This document shows positions 37,221-51,289 of a DNA stretch of 64,000 nucleotides, piece by piece. Numbering within the stretch: position 1 is the stretch's first letter; each line of letters opens with the position of its first letter. The stretch is from assembly GCA_013265495.1 (NCBI GenBank), contig MU058444.1:1116001-1180000 (forward strand). Reading direction: 5' to 3'. A program made the translations under genes and the position numbers. This stretch comes from Vicugna vicugna (Eukaryota). The notes below the pieces were generated by a model. The model saw nothing but the letters and a program-made list of their open reading frames with translations, was not told the DNA's origin and searched no databases.

Positions 37221-39789
37221 AATCCACATGTGGGAAAAGCGCAGTCACTGGCTGTAGGTCTCCGAGCTGCTTTTAGCTCACACCTCTCAGGGAATGAGAA
37301 ACGTCTGTGCTCAGAGAGGCACGACTGAATACCATGCAGCTCTTAGGGTGGCCTGCTTCGCCCCACTGCCTGAAGACACGGTTGGTACCCATTAGCTGCT
37401 CAAAAACGGGTGAGTGAATGGATGGATGGATGGATGGATGGATGAACCAAAGTCTATTACATCTCTAAGCCAGCACTGTTTTCTGAACACCATTGTGGGT
37501 TTTTTTTGCCCCCTTATCAGAACCCTCCTAATAATATAGCTTCCCTATTTAAAGAGCCTCACTCATTTGTGTTTCCACTTAAGCTGGAATTTTTCTATTC
37601 AAGTATTTGAGCAAGAGAATCAGGAATTCACAGGACCAGACTACTCCTGCCCACATGAATAAAAACATTTCAGCCTCCTTCTATTTTCCAATACTTTTCC
37701 TCTTTACAGATCTACTTTCAAAAAGCCTGAGAAGTAGGAAACAATTTTTACGGTTGACCCTTGGATGGTGTCAATGCTGAAACGGGCGATTGGTTTGAAC
37801 ACATTTTTGCTCTTAATGTGTATTATCCTCTTAATGAACTAGAGGATACAGGTAACCCTGTCTGTGAGTAACAGGGATGAAAGAAACTTGTCCCCAAATA
37901 GATTTGCAAAACTACCTGGCTTTTGTGAAGTATTCATATAAAAACTCCTAAACATGTGTCTGATCTTTTGAGAAACTGAAGAAAAGAGCCCTTCTGATTA
38001 GGAGCGATAACTACAACTTAATTCTTTTTTGTAGCCTTATTTCTCACCCTTCTGTCTACTGAGGGCTCCTCTTCAATGTCTACCTTGAAAGTAGGACTGT
38101 CTTATTCATCTTCTTGGTCTCCATTCCATGGACAGATTATTAATTTGGTGGTGGCTCATCTTGCCTCACAATATTTCAACTGTCTATTCCCAGTGAAGGG
38201 TCTCGATCTAAAAATAGCACACCATGAGTGAGTACTTTTATAGAAAGTTCTTTAAACACACCCAGTTAGGTGTAGAGGTGCCGAATACATGGTTTTATGT
38301 ATTTTTTTTCTAACGTGCATAAAATTTTACACCTATTTTTCTGCAAAATTATTTAAAGATGGTGCAAAATGGATTAATAGAGGCACCAACTCACTTCAGT
38401 AGACTCTTGCTTTAATTTCTAATGTCGTCTGACCACTGGCTGTCTGGGAAAGGAAGAATGCAGACTCTCTTTGTAAATTAGAGTGAGCTAAGGGAATTGT
38501 GAAAGGCATTTTCATTGCAAAAACCTCTCTCTCTCTTTATCTCTCATCCGTTCACACGTGCACACACACACACACACACACACCACTTTCTCTTATAGCC
38601 AACTCATATAGGTCAGTCTTCCAGGAGCTTTATGTTAAGTTTTGGCTTCAAATAAATCACTTCATCTAGCCAAAACCACTGACTTTTTCTTGGTTCCTAC
38701 ACAAAACTCTAATTCAAGTCCAGTTTCCTTCAAATTCAGTCCAGGTGCTAAAAAAAAAAAAAAAAGTCTGCTGGTTTTCCAAGGAACATTCAACATCATT
38801 TCTCAACTCGGTATTCATATTTATAACAGCCCCTACATAGTCCAGTATTTTGTATTTTCTGGATTAAACCGGCTCCATGGTGAATTTGTAGTCCATCAAA
38901 TTCATAGACCCTCACTTATAAATGTGTGTTTTTCCTCTTAAAAAATCATTCCTTCAGGATCTTGTTTTTCACTAGTTGCGAAGTCTTTAGACTTCTTTAG
39001 CCAACAGGCATGTGTGTTGTAAGTTAATGATACAAAGAATAATAAAAACAAATAAACTATTTCTTTAGAATAACTTTAGTTCCCACCTAATGTCCAAATT
39101 CAGTTTTTTTCACCCACAGTAAACTAACTTTAGACTTTTATGCTACTTGGAAGTCCAGGTATTTCTTTGGGGTTTGGGCCACAGGGATATATCCATGTAT
39201 TTAACTGTCATTAGCTTTCAAAGCTAAAGTATACACAGGGCCTCTCTCATCTCCCTTCCTCCTCCACCCCATGGTTAAAAACCATGATCAGCAACAATAC
39301 CTCTCGTCATCGGATGCCACGTTTGGAAGTATTAATTGACCTTATTAGAGAACTTCATGTTGGTGAAGCAAGATGGCACCAGCATGTCTGGGTCTGAATA
39401 ATTTCTCAGTCATTTACAGGATAAGTAACTGTGAACAGGTTTCTTTTTTTTCACCTCAATTTCTTGCCTGTGAAATGGAATATTAATCCCAACCCAGAAT
39501 GTTGGTCCAAAGATTTTTATCAGTTAATTCATGTAAAGAAATATTCAGAACATAGCAAAATTCAGTAAATATTAACTCTTATTTATAGACTTCAAGGGAT
39601 TTGGAAAGGACGCAAATCAATAATTTTTGCGTAATCATTAAGATGCCACACAGATGATGGGAGAGACTAGTTTCTGGAAGATCTAAGGTGTCTTATTTTT
39701 TTCAGGATGAGTAACTTCTTTTTTTGTTATTTTTTAGTGGCTTCTTCCATAAATCCTTGAATGACTTTAGAGCAGAGGATGAATTTGGA

Positions 39790-39952
39790 CAACTGGTCAC
39801 AAACTTTAATGTGTATAAGAATCATATAGTTTCTAGTTAAAGTGCAGACTCTTGATTCAGTAGTTCTGGGTAAAAGCCTGAGATTTGCATTTCTAATAAA
39901 CTCCCAGGTAATGCTACTGCTCTTGGTCCAGGAATTGCTCTTAAAGCAGCAC
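39790..39952. mobile_element. MER5A-like MITE
   Basis: 'gattcagtagttctggg...gcctgagatttgcatttctaataaactcccaggtaatgct'. Confidence 0.75.
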
Positions 39953-40194
39953 GGACTTAGATAATCTCTTAAAGACCTTTTAGAAAAAAAGAAAAATCTG
40001 ATTTAATATATATCAAATAACTTACGTAACTCATAACCTCTCTGCTACTGAGAAACAGACCGACCTAACAAGCCCATTACATCGCGTCAACCTGCTATTC
40101 CATTTTTCATGGACAGCAGGCATCACCATGTCATGAAAGATTTCAAGCAGACATCCTTGTCATTTCCTGAGCCTTTCTTGAGAGAGTGGCTTAG

Positions 40195-40312
40195 AGCAAT
40201 GATTCTCAAACTTTATCGGGAAGGGAATCACCCGGCGGGTTTGTTGAACACAGACTGTTGGGTTCTCATCCTCAAGTGTCTGATTCAGTAGTTCTGAGAT
40301 GGAATTAGGGAA
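40195..40312. mobile_element. Partial MER5A
   Basis: 'gattctcaaacttta...gaatcacc...tttgttgaacacagactg...tctgattcagtagttctg'. Confidence 0.65.
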
Positions 40313-40885
40313 AGCAGGCGTTGCAAATCCTGTCTCCTTGGGTACCACCCTTTAAGAACGTCAACCAAGACACGCAGAAGGCTGCAAATAAGAAAAAGAG
40401 CTTGCTTGCAGTCTTAAGAATGGCAATTTTAGAGGCACTAATTAGAGCAGCAACTCAAATGTGCTTTGAGGGAAATGGAAAATGGCAGGTTCATAAAGGC
40501 AATAGACAGACGTCCCAGAGAAATCACCTGGGTTACCTTTATAGAAATGCAGTTGGTGCTGGCACAGATTCGACCACTTGCCAGCAGGAGATTGGTTGTT
40601 AAGCTGTGGTTTCTAGGGAGTAGAGAAGACAAGTTCCAGGTGTCTCAGGATGACCAGGTCAAGAGTTTACGTTGCATTCAGGGGTGGATGTGTGTAAGTT
40701 CCAATTCCTTAATGGCCCCCCAGCGCCGTGTTAGGTCCCTTTGATGTAAGTGACTCCATTTTGTTGTTCATGATCTTACAAGAGCCACTCGCTTGAAGTA
40801 CTCATTGAGTCTTTCCTGAAATCAGCCAAAGTTGGCCAATGTTTTCTTACTGGTTGCTTTGAGATCCTGTGACATTGATTTTATA

Positions 40886-41557
40886 TAGTAATCCCTCATC
40901 ACCTGCAGGGGATTGATTGCAGGATCCTCCTTGGACATCACAAATCATGCATGTCTAAGTCCCTTACCAAAAACGGTGTAGGATTTGCATATAGCCTATG
41001 CAATCCTCCCATACAGGCTTAATCATCTCTAGATTATGCTGACCTGAAACAAATAGACTCAGATATTTCTTCTGCAAAGATAGGTTTATTCAGAAACTAG
41101 ATATTCTGGGTCTATAATCACAGCAAGCCGCATGCACATTCCCGCAGGGCAAGGGAAGGAGAGGCTTTGACAGAGGGGAAAGGAAGTGGGGAGGGCTGTA
41201 GTGAACAGAGTGTGTGGCTTCTCATTGGCTGAGTCCTTGCCAGGAAAGAAGAGTCTTTCTTCTTCCCCTTGGGCTCTGCCCGAGAGTGAGTCCTTTTGGT
41301 CTCCTGACTCTATTTAATTGTGATTTCTGTTTTTAATGTTCTTTGCAATTACTTATAATGCCTAATACAATGTAAATGCCTTAGAAGTAGTTGTAAATAC
41401 AATGCAAATGCTATATAAATAAATACTTGCTACTGCACAGAACATTCAAGTTTTGGTTTTTGAAACTTCCTGGAATTTTTTCTTTCCCCCACAAATATTT
41501 TTGATCCACAATTTGTTGAATCCTCAGATGTGGAACCCAAGATACAAAGGTCTACTG
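40886..41557 (+). mobile_element. MER2-like (Tigger-derived) DNA element, interrupted by an LTR at 41037-41347
   Basis: 'tttgcatatagcctatgcaatcctccc...atcatctctagatta|cttataatgcctaatacaatgtaaatgc...gatgtggaaccc...actg' with flanking TA. Confidence 0.8.
41037..41347 (-). mobile_element. ERV1-type solo LTR (TG...CA) with 4-bp TSD ATTA
   Basis: Termini TG at 41037 and CA at 41347; ATTA at 41033-41036 and 41348-41351; reverse AATAAA (tttatt) inside. Confidence 0.75.
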
Positions 41558-43579
41558 TATTTGGTCTTTGATCCAGGACCCTCTTTTTAAAACCCTTGGA
41601 ATTTCCTGTGATAAGAACAACAAAGGTGTCTTTTGTTATGTTAATGAGGAGAATTTTGGACTGCCTTTAGGTAACCTAAATGAAAGGCCCAGTTGCCAGG
41701 GCAACCAACCAAGGGATCAGAGGGTGGGATTTCCAGTACTGCCCCTCACAACCTCCAGGGAGGGGAGGGGCTGGGCAGGAGGCTGGAATCGCACGGATGG
41801 TCAATGATTTAACCAGTCATGCCTACGTAATGGCGCCTCGATGAGAACCTTAAAGAAGGTAGTTCCTAGAGCCTCCAGGTTGGTGAGCACATGGAGGTGA
41901 TGGGAGACTGGTCCACCTGGAGAGGGTATGGAGGCTCTGAGCCCTTTGCCCCACCTGACCCTTGCATCTCTTCCATCTGCCTGTTCCTGATTATATCATT
42001 TCATAATATTTCAGTAGTCTAGTAACTAAAATGTTTCTTGGAGTGAGGCAGTCAGCAAATTAATCAAACCAGAGGAGGAGGCCCTGGAAACCTCTGATTT
42101 ATAGCTAGTAGGTCAGAAGTACAGGTTAACAACTAGATTTGCGGCTGGCATCTGCAGTGTGTGGTGGGGAGGAGGGCAGTCTCGTAGGACCTTTGGAATC
42201 TGATGCAATCTCTGGGTAGATGGTGTCAGACATGAATTGAATTGAATTGCAGGAAGGACATTCAACTGGTGTCCTAAGACTTTCTTGTAAGGTGTGCAGG
42301 TCGCTCGTCCATTGGAACTGGCTTCGGAACACCAAAAACGATACCATCCTTAGAGTCATGACTCCTAAATGTGTTTCAGTTTGCTTACCAAGCCAGTGGA
42401 GCAAAAGATCTCACCACCTCCCACTGATCCCCGCTCGATGAGCTATCCCCAGGGTCAACAGCGAGAGAGGCGCTGGTTCTGATTAAAGAAGGGTGAGGCG
42501 ATGCCTGTTTCTTATTAGGCACAAATAAATTATTAATATAACCCAGATGTATTAGTACCAAGATCGTCATGTTATTAACATGAAAAAGTAAACACGGATC
42601 ACTGGACGAACTCTCACTGGCCCCACAGTTTCATTTGTCCACGTGGATAACCACTGATGTGATGGATAAAAATTCCAAGTCAGAAAACCTCAGAGCGGTG
42701 TCATCTCTGGAGTTGCAGCCCACACCCCTGATATTCAGATAGCAGCGCAGAACATGAGCCCTGCACTGGGTGAAATTATGCGTGGAGGTGGAGAGAAACC
42801 AAAAGCCAGGGCGGGGGGTGGCAGGGGATCAGCTAGATAAGGTTCCTTGTTGGAACCTCTGATATGAAACCCTAATGTGTTTGAGTAAGTCATGCTTCCC
42901 ATGCCAGCTTCTGCAACTTTAAAGGACGCTGTGTCCTGGGAGCTGAAGTCCACATCAGAACTCCACACAGAAAAGTCTCAGCCCCGCTAAATTCACCCTG
43001 GATTTTGCCCACCCTCCCAAGGACAGCGGTAAGTCAGACTCATTTTCCAGATTAGACTATGGGGAATGGTCCACACTCTTTGATGGGGTACGTGGGGGCT
43101 GTCCTGGAAGGCGTCGACTTTAGAGGAGAGAGGGAAAGCCTACAGATGAGGTTTCCTGTGCCTTTTGCTCTACATTTGACATCACCTTTTAGGAAAAGCA
43201 ATGACTGTCAGGTGCTGGTGTACTCTGAGTGCACTATCACCTGCCTCAGGGAAACTGCAGAAAGAATGACTAATGGCCAGGAGCAGATCTCAGAAACACT
43301 GCGTTCATGTCCAGTGTCTGGACAAACTCTTGAGAATAATCCTACCGTTTGACAAAACTGCAAAGAACATTTCCATGGATCTGCTTGCAAATTCACCTCA
43401 ACAATGTGAAATAATAACATGGAGAAAGCTGAAGCTATATGAGATACTGTATCCTGAAGATAAAGGTTTTATAAACATCTAAATGTACTGACTGCCAGTT
43501 TAACGCTGGCCCCTGGCGATGGACACTAACCTACTTGTCTTTTGTTTATTCCAAGCCCTGTGACCTAATTGAGGGCTTA

Positions 43580-43760
43580 CACTAATTAGTGCTCAACACT
43601 AATCTATTCATTTTATGCGTTGTTTGATTAATCTTTATAAGCAATATATGAAGTAGATACTCTTTCTTTATCAAAGAAAAACTGGGGCACCGAGAAGTTA
43701 GTAACTTACCCAAGGTCACACAGAAGGCAACGGAGGCAGAATTCAAACAAGGCAATTTGG
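43580..43760 (-). mobile_element. MIR SINE
   Basis: 'gaaaactggggcaccgagaagttagtaacttacccaaggtcacacag...gcagaattcaaac'. Confidence 0.75.
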
Positions 43761-46700
43761 GGCACCAGAAACTGATTTTTTTTTTTTTAACAACCATTAC
43801 ATTCAACTTTCATCTAAGGATGTAAAATGTATAATTGTCAATTGATTGTAAACGTTACATTTCCCAGGGAACATGTGTATGTAACAAAAGGATGCTTGAA
43901 ATTGCGTACTGTGTTGTAACATAAAACACAGAAACCCAGAAACCAGGTCGTTCCCTAACCACCCCAGGGAGTCCGGAGGAAATCAGTCATACTCAGCCTA
44001 GACCCCAGGTTTCTCCCAAATTAAATTTCAGTAATCGTCTGACATAAATAGATGATTTCTGATATTAGATGTGCTCTGATATTTCTGGATCAGGTGACTA
44101 ATGATATGTTTCAAGGCCAGTACATTTTCAGACAATCTCCATGCTTCCTCTGTATAGGACCAGCTCTCGAGTGATTTTTTTTTCTTTTTTTAAAGCCAAG
44201 AAGACCAGTAGTCTGCCAAGAACTTTTCCTTCCTATGATTATACTAAAATCTTATGAAAGACTCTATCATTTTTTCTCTCTGCCCTTGGAAAAAATACTC
44301 ATTCTTTCAAAAATCTAAATTGATATTTGGAGTAAAAGGGTTTTCTCTAGTGTTGAATTACCTTTTATTGCTTTGTTTTCCACATTCTAAATAGCTTTAT
44401 AAATAATGTACCCCAGACTCATTAAATAATCATAATGGGACGTGTTTCTTTGCTACTGCTAACTTCAATGTTTCAGTCTATAAAACTGCATATTTTTAGC
44501 AAGGAACATGGTAATTTTCACTTCAGGCACAGTCAAAATGTGACGTGAAACTTTTGCTCTGTGCAAATCTAATGATATGAAACTTATAATTGTCAATTGA
44601 TTATAAATGTTACATTTCCCGGGGAACAAGTGTAACAAAAGGATCCTTGAAATTGTGTTTGCTGGAAGGCAGTATGTTGGTGTTATTTGCCATTCTGATC
44701 AGGCATGTGTGTGTGTGTGTGTGTGTGAGTTTAAGTGAATATATGTATGTGTTGGCTTTTGTGTTTGTATGTACATGTGTAGAGGAAGTCATTAGCTGGT
44801 TTAATTGAGGGTAATTTAAAATCAAGTTACAGAGAGAGACATAGCTTCCTCTCATCTCTCTGAAGATTTGACTAAGAGAGACATCGTTTCTGGTTGTACC
44901 TTCCATCCTCATTGGCTACGATTCCAGTCAGATACTCCAAGGAGTAATCTGGTAGATTTCTCCTAGGAACTTCCAAAATTCAGAACTCCCTTAAGGGAAG
45001 AGACAGGGGCGAGGGGTGGTCCCTAAGGATGTGGCCCCATTCCAGTGGAGACAAGCTCTGGCTTTAGTTTCACCACTAGGTTTACTTGCATGCAAAAGTT
45101 CCCAATAAAATCCAGCTGGTTTAAATTTTGCCTGCAGACCTGAAACCCCGCAAATTTGGCTTGGCTTTCTCGTTTGCAGAAAATGCTTCACACACAGCTA
45201 TCATCTGGAAATACTGAAGTGTACAAACCCTCCACAGAAACAACAGGAGGGCAGCTGTCTCCTACCTTCACTTTCTCCCAACTCCACCCTTAAAGGCTTA
45301 GCTGTTGTTAAGGGCGGGGAGGCGGGGAGTGGAAAGTCTGCCACTGAGCATGAAAGCTCCCACCAATCATCCGTGACTCCCTTTGTTGTTTGCTCTGAGC
45401 CAGGAAGGGAAGATTAAAGAGTCGCCACTGATGAATGAGAACTACATTTTGGCATCCGCTAGAGAAGGAAGGAGCATTTAAGATCATGGGGAGAAGTAAA
45501 ACGACAAAACAATACCGTTAACAGTTTGAACAATATCAGTCTCCAGTATAGGAAAGCACAGTGTTATCTTTTCCATTTTCCACCCTTATGCTTTCATTGG
45601 CTCCATGCAATCCCCTCGCTGCCTGTAATTGGGGATGGAGTTAGTGCCAAAGCTGCATGAAATTAACAGCCTTTCCTTTATCCTTTCTGTGCATCATGAT
45701 TGTGTGTGTGGAACCATAAAAATCATTTATTGTGAGCATGTGTATTCCTGGCTTAGAGAGCCAAGTGTTCTTGTGACAACAATATAATAGCATCAGATGA
45801 ATTCCCATAAAACACCATATGTGGGCACTTAATAGTTATTGCTCTGGCACCTACGTGCTGGATATCATCTTAAAGGGGGACTCTAAAAAAAATAACACTC
45901 GGTACTTAGACATGAGGTAGGTAAGCCTGGAGTAGAGATTTGTTGAGAATCCATCGATAATGACAATCATTCGTCTTCTATTAGTATCAGATTGTCTCAA
46001 ACCATCTTCTAGAGTTCTTTTCATAGGTCCAAGACAACCTTGTACAGCCTTGCGAACATCAGTAAGTAGTCTTTTAATCTCAAAGTTGTAAGAAGGCTCT
46101 CCTATCATACTGGTGTCCAGTACTCTGTAAGACTGGGTACAATGTACTTTTTATTTTTCTCATCTGTTACTCTTTGGAAAGCATCTATTTGGGGCTTGTG
46201 GTACAAATCACAGTAGACAAACTGGTTTTCAAACTCGATAAAAGAATGTGGAGTGGATGGAAGCTGCCTTGCTGGGCAGCGTGAGTGTTCGGTGGTGCTT
46301 TTAAAGTGTGGGTCTGTGCCAGAGGATTTCCCTCTGCCTCCTTCTTTTCTACTGGCTTCCGGCTTAGGGTGGAGTGGCTTCCTTCGGTTGCCGCTGAGGC
46401 TGAACACTGAGTTTCCCCAATTTGCAGCACGCTGGGAGTCTGCCAGAACTCCGGGGCGGATGCTCTGCCCTTGCATTAGCACCGTGGTCAGGTGGCCACA
46501 CACCCTAGGCATGTGAAAGGGACTTTGAAAACAATTCAGCTGCAGAAAGAGGCCAGACGCCTCTCGTCCCTGCTTGTACACCTGCGTTAGTTGGGGTCAA
46601 GGCCACCTGAAAGGAAAGAAGCCTTGTGAATCAGAGTGCAGGTCTTTCTTCACAGGGCACCTCAGCTCGGTGCCCCAGCGCTGTGCGTCACTGCGGTCTG

Positions 46701-47499
46701 TGCGGGAGGATGCTGCTTAGTGATGACCTCAGTTTCCCCGCCGGCTGTGATCCAGCACCGGCACCTCCATTCTGCCCCTCTCCCCGGCGTAACAGACAGC
46801 CTGAGACATACAATGGCATTCTGTGTAAAGTACATATGGTAGCTATTACAGGGGAAACGTACACTGAGCACACGTCTACAGCCCCAATAGCTCCTTCCAA
46901 CACTTCCACGCGGCTGCTTCGACCCAGTTAATTTTTCTCGCTGTTCTTTGGCCCACACTTCCATTCCAGCACCCTCCTCTAGCACGGATTACTGCTGCTT
47001 TTAGTTGTTTTGGGGTCTTTTACTTCCAGGGAGCTGAAAGGGAACTTGGTGCTGGTAAGATCTCTTACTGATCCAAATAGAGTTTTCTTCAATCGGTGAA
47101 GCTGGCTTGACACATACAGCTGGTTACGCCCTTGATTCTTTTCAGTCTTTATCTATTGAACCAAACTTTCCGACCTGTTTCTTTCTCTTTCTCACTACAA
47201 AGTTCTAGTCCACTAAGCCCACAGTGGTATGATTTACAATCTGCTCTGTCTCCAAACACCCCCAAAATCGTGTGTCTTCTCCTCTCTACCCAGTGGTTCT
47301 CCATCTAGACTGTTCATTAAAAGTGTCAAGAGAGATTCTGAAATTATGAATGTCTAGTACGTTATCCCCTCTTCTCCCTTGACCTATTAAATCAAAACCC
47401 ATCATGATAAGGCCAAGGAATTCAGTTTTAAATGCTCCAAAGTGAATACCGATATGCAATCATGTTCAAAACATACTTTTCTAATTAAAAAAATATATA

Positions 47500-47740
47500 T
47501 AGCTCCTCTGTGGGCCCTCGGCAATATACTTTATATGTCTTGTCTCATTTAAGCCTCACAATCAGCCAATAAATATGATTGTCTTCATCTAATAGAATAA
47601 GAGCCTGGGCACAGAAGAACTTGATTGGTTGGTTGGTTGGTTGGTTGGTTGGTTGAAGTACACCCAGTCACACACTGAGCGAATTTTAGAGCAAGGACTT
47701 GAATCTGTGGCTTGAAGCCAAAGGCGGGCCTCTTCCCACT
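47500..47740 (-). mobile_element. MIR SINE containing a (TTGG)n microsatellite at ~47625-47654
   Basis: 'tctcatttaagcctcacaa...cagtcacaca...ggacttgaatc'; repeat directly visible. Confidence 0.6.
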
Positions 47741-48904
47741 CCGCCATATTGCTCCACACTCTGCTCTACTGTCTATATTTACTGGTAGCTTCTCTTCATT
47801 TCCAATTCTCACTATGTCTCTGTGAGATTGTTTAATATGATGAAGCAGCTGGAAAATCCATATTTACAAGGGCCAATATCTTGTATTGCAATGCAAGCTG
47901 AAGGTGTTTTTGAGTAACAGTAATGAGCCCCTCTCTGCTTAGGGTATAATTTAATCCCAGGAGAGATGATGACGTTGCATCTCATACTTATTTTTAAGAA
48001 TAAGGTGAACTTGACATTGACGTTGGTGCATGGAGAGACTGCCAAGACCACACCTCCCACCGCCCCATGTTTCCCTGCGAAGAGAGGAAAGCATTCCCAA
48101 CCCCAAGGTGAAGACTTGTTCTTCAGTGCTCTCGCTGCCTTTCTCCAAGTCCACTATCCTTCTTTCTCATCTTTCTTTAAGCTTTTCTCACTTTTTTCTT
48201 CTCCCTCTACCTACCATTCAGTTGATAGATGAATGAGAGGAGAGATGAGAGTTAATGTTCACCAGGAACATTATCTACCATGTCTCATCTACCATGTGTC
48301 AACAGTTTCCATCTGTGGAATAGTATTGCTCTTGAATTAGACAGTTTTTGCTGGGTTGGTACAGTTACACCCAGTCTCCAAACTTCAGTGACTTCAGACA
48401 CCAGGCCTGATTTCTAGGTGATGCCACATGTGGGTGGACAGCTGAGGCTCTCACACCTGTTCATAGACTCAGGCTTAAGGCAAGACTGCTATTGGGAATA
48501 TGCTTTTCTCATGTGCATCACATTTTTTTTAATGGATTCCCAAATATAACCCATGGAGAAAATAAATTTAAATAAAGTGTGCCCCACTAGTACAGTAAAA
48601 ATCTTGAAAATACTTGCAGCAAAAAAAGCATATAATTTATTTTGTCTAATGTAGAATTTGCTTATGGGCTCTTTGATTTGTCTAGCACAGAAAAGTGTTC
48701 TGCGGAACGTGTGCTTCGTGGGACAGTTTAGACAACTCTGCTTTTCCTAACTTTAAATTTACTGTGTTCATCTGGAATCAGGTTTCTGAGATAGAAAATG
48801 ACAGAAGGTTTTTGCTTCAGTAAATTGGCCTAGGAAGAGCTTCCCAAAGAAAGGGGACAAGGAAGAGAGGGAAAGAAAGGGAAAGGGAAGGAGAAAAAAA
48901 AAAT

Positions 48905-48908
<4 letters not shown>

Positions 48909-48945
<37 letters not shown>
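48909..48945. repeat. (CA)n microsatellite
   Basis: Directly visible. Confidence 0.95.
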
Positions 48946-48947
<2 letters not shown>

Positions 48948-50754
48948 CACAAAGGAACCCCTTCTCTTATCCTATTTTTTCCTCCCTTGCTGCCCCACAA
49001 AGTCACATTCTTCCTCATCGAAGTCCCCAAGTGTTCTTTTCTTCTACTGTTACTTTTAATATAGTTTTTCATCCTCAAAAAATATCTCGCAAACATAGGC
49101 ATTGCTAGTCCCATTTTACAAATGAGAAAACTGAAGCTCCGAGAAATTCTCAAAAATTCTTTGCCCTTAGCTCTCTCCTAATCCAACAACCAAGATGCTT
49201 TTTCTCTGTCCCTCAGTGAACAAACGCTAACTGCTAGAATGAATCGCCAGGTGAAAGAGTTTCTTAACCGATTTTTGTTGATTGGGTAACTGTGAGTACT
49301 GCATTTGGGACACTGAATTCACATTTTAAGAAACGGCGATAATATGTGAAAAATGTGTGATTAATCTGAAGACCCTTGGCTAGCGGCAGTTAGGGGTGAG
49401 AAGGAACTGCGCATTATGCAATGATATATATGTCACTACACAGTGACAGATTGCTCTTTCAAATGTGAAAGCTGCTGAGATGTACTTTTGGCCATTAGAT
49501 AATTGCATGGGTGTGGCATCGTGACAGCCGTGTTATACTGTAAATTAGATGGATGTGGTGTCTGTTCCCAAGGAGACAGCAAAAGAGAATTAGCAGCATA
49601 TTTCATACTTTTATATTCAACTTTCCCTTGAAGATTTGCAAATGTATGTGCAGTGAAAAAGCACTGCAGTTATACACTTTTTTTTTCCATTTTAAAACTC
49701 AATAACTTACAAAGCCCTCTGGATCATCTCATCATTGCAAATGACTGTGAAGACTTTCCAAAAACGTATCTCTAGCCTTTTATTTTTTTTCTCCTAACTC
49801 TCTTTTCCTGGGTGTTTTCCATCCTATGAAAAAAAAATAAATGTATCCACCAGCCAGATAAAGTCTTACACATTTCCAAAAGGGTAGACAATTAGTCAGT
49901 TACTCAGTTCCAAATGATGTCTGGACAATTAATGGTATTGTCACACACACTTTTTCATTAAAAAAATGTGGTACATTAGAAACCTTCATTTATGAAAACA
50001 TACTTATAAAATTGGTAAAATATGGTGTAAAATGTTCCCATTCTTCTGTTACAATTGTCTTATCACCAGCTCTCCTCGAAATTATATAATTCAAGGTAAA
50101 AATTACTGTTCAATTTTGAGAACATGTTTGGTTTTTTTTTCTATTAAACTCATTCCAGATATAAGCAGATTTAAACAAGAGGGGTTACTTTATATTTTTT
50201 ATCTGAGACGCAGGTTGTATTGATAGAGATAGATTATAGCAACCAAAAAAAAAAAAGAAAAGAAAAAGCCAAGTCTGATTTTATATAGTTACAGTGATCT
50301 TTTGTGTATTATTTTTTGTGTGCCCTTTGTTGGGGAATACTCTGGAAAGCTTTATACATGATCCTAAGTCTACATCTGTAAAAACAGAAATGCTCCTATT
50401 GATGGCCCAGTCTAAGATAATCACCTTGAAAATGGCAGCATTCATTTTTAATATATTTCTGTTAAATGCCAAGTTTAAAGCGATTGAGTTATTTGAGTGC
50501 ATTGAAATGGGGAGTGTATTTCGGAGCTGTGTGCAAGTTGATAAATCCGACAGGTATATGTGAGGCATTTCAGATGCTTTAGTTATTGGATTTTAGGTCT
50601 TCTGTTGTGAATTTCAGCAGAACATTTGCCATCAGATCGTACTATTAAATGCTTTTTATTGTAATCCCGTTGGCTGCCATGTTGGAGAAAGCTGGAAAAC
50701 CTGAAAATGTTTTATGTGTTTTATGTGTTTTTGTGGTCTCCATTAGGTGTTTAA

Positions 50755-50829
50755 AATATATATATATATATATATATANNNNNNNNNNNNNNNNNNNNNN
50801 NNNNNNNNNATATATATATATATATATAT
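50755..50829. repeat. (TA)n microsatellite spanning gap 50779-50809
   Basis: Directly visible. Confidence 0.95.
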
Positions 50830-51249
50830 TACATATAATTGGTAGAAAAGTTTGCTACTTACCACATCTTCACTATTTATCAACTCTGTGATCTTGGACA
50901 ACTACGCTGAGCCTGAGTTGCTTTAAGTTGAGCTAATCATTTCTATTTGGCTTGTTGTATAACATTAAAGTGTTGGTCAAAGTGCCTTGTTAGGTGCTAA
51001 GCACCATCTTCATGCAGGTAGAGCATTTTGTGTGTTGCGTGAGTGTGAACACGCATCTCTCATTCTATACACACAAGTGACATTCTGCCAGCAGTATCCG
51101 CATCACCTGGGAAGTCATGAAAATTCAAAACCTCTGCTTCATCCCTGACCTACTGAATCAAAACAGGCATTTGAAGATTAAACAGAAGATTCCCACTAAT
51201 ATTTCAGAAGCACTGCTCTCTGTGGTCCCCTTCCAGTGTGATCTACACA

Positions 51250-51250
<1 letters not shown>

Positions 51251-51286
<36 letters not shown>
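51251..51286. repeat. (CA)n microsatellite
   Basis: Directly visible. Confidence 0.95.

Positions 51287-51289
<3 letters not shown>

Larger units (their letters stand above)
40868..42330 (+). mobile_element. MER21-like LTR, interrupted near its 5' end by MER2
   Basis: 'tgtgacattgattttata' + 'tttggtcttt...aaacccttggaatttcctg...gtgtcttttgttatg...cagtcatgcctacgtaatg...gcatctcttccatctg'. Confidence 0.7.
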
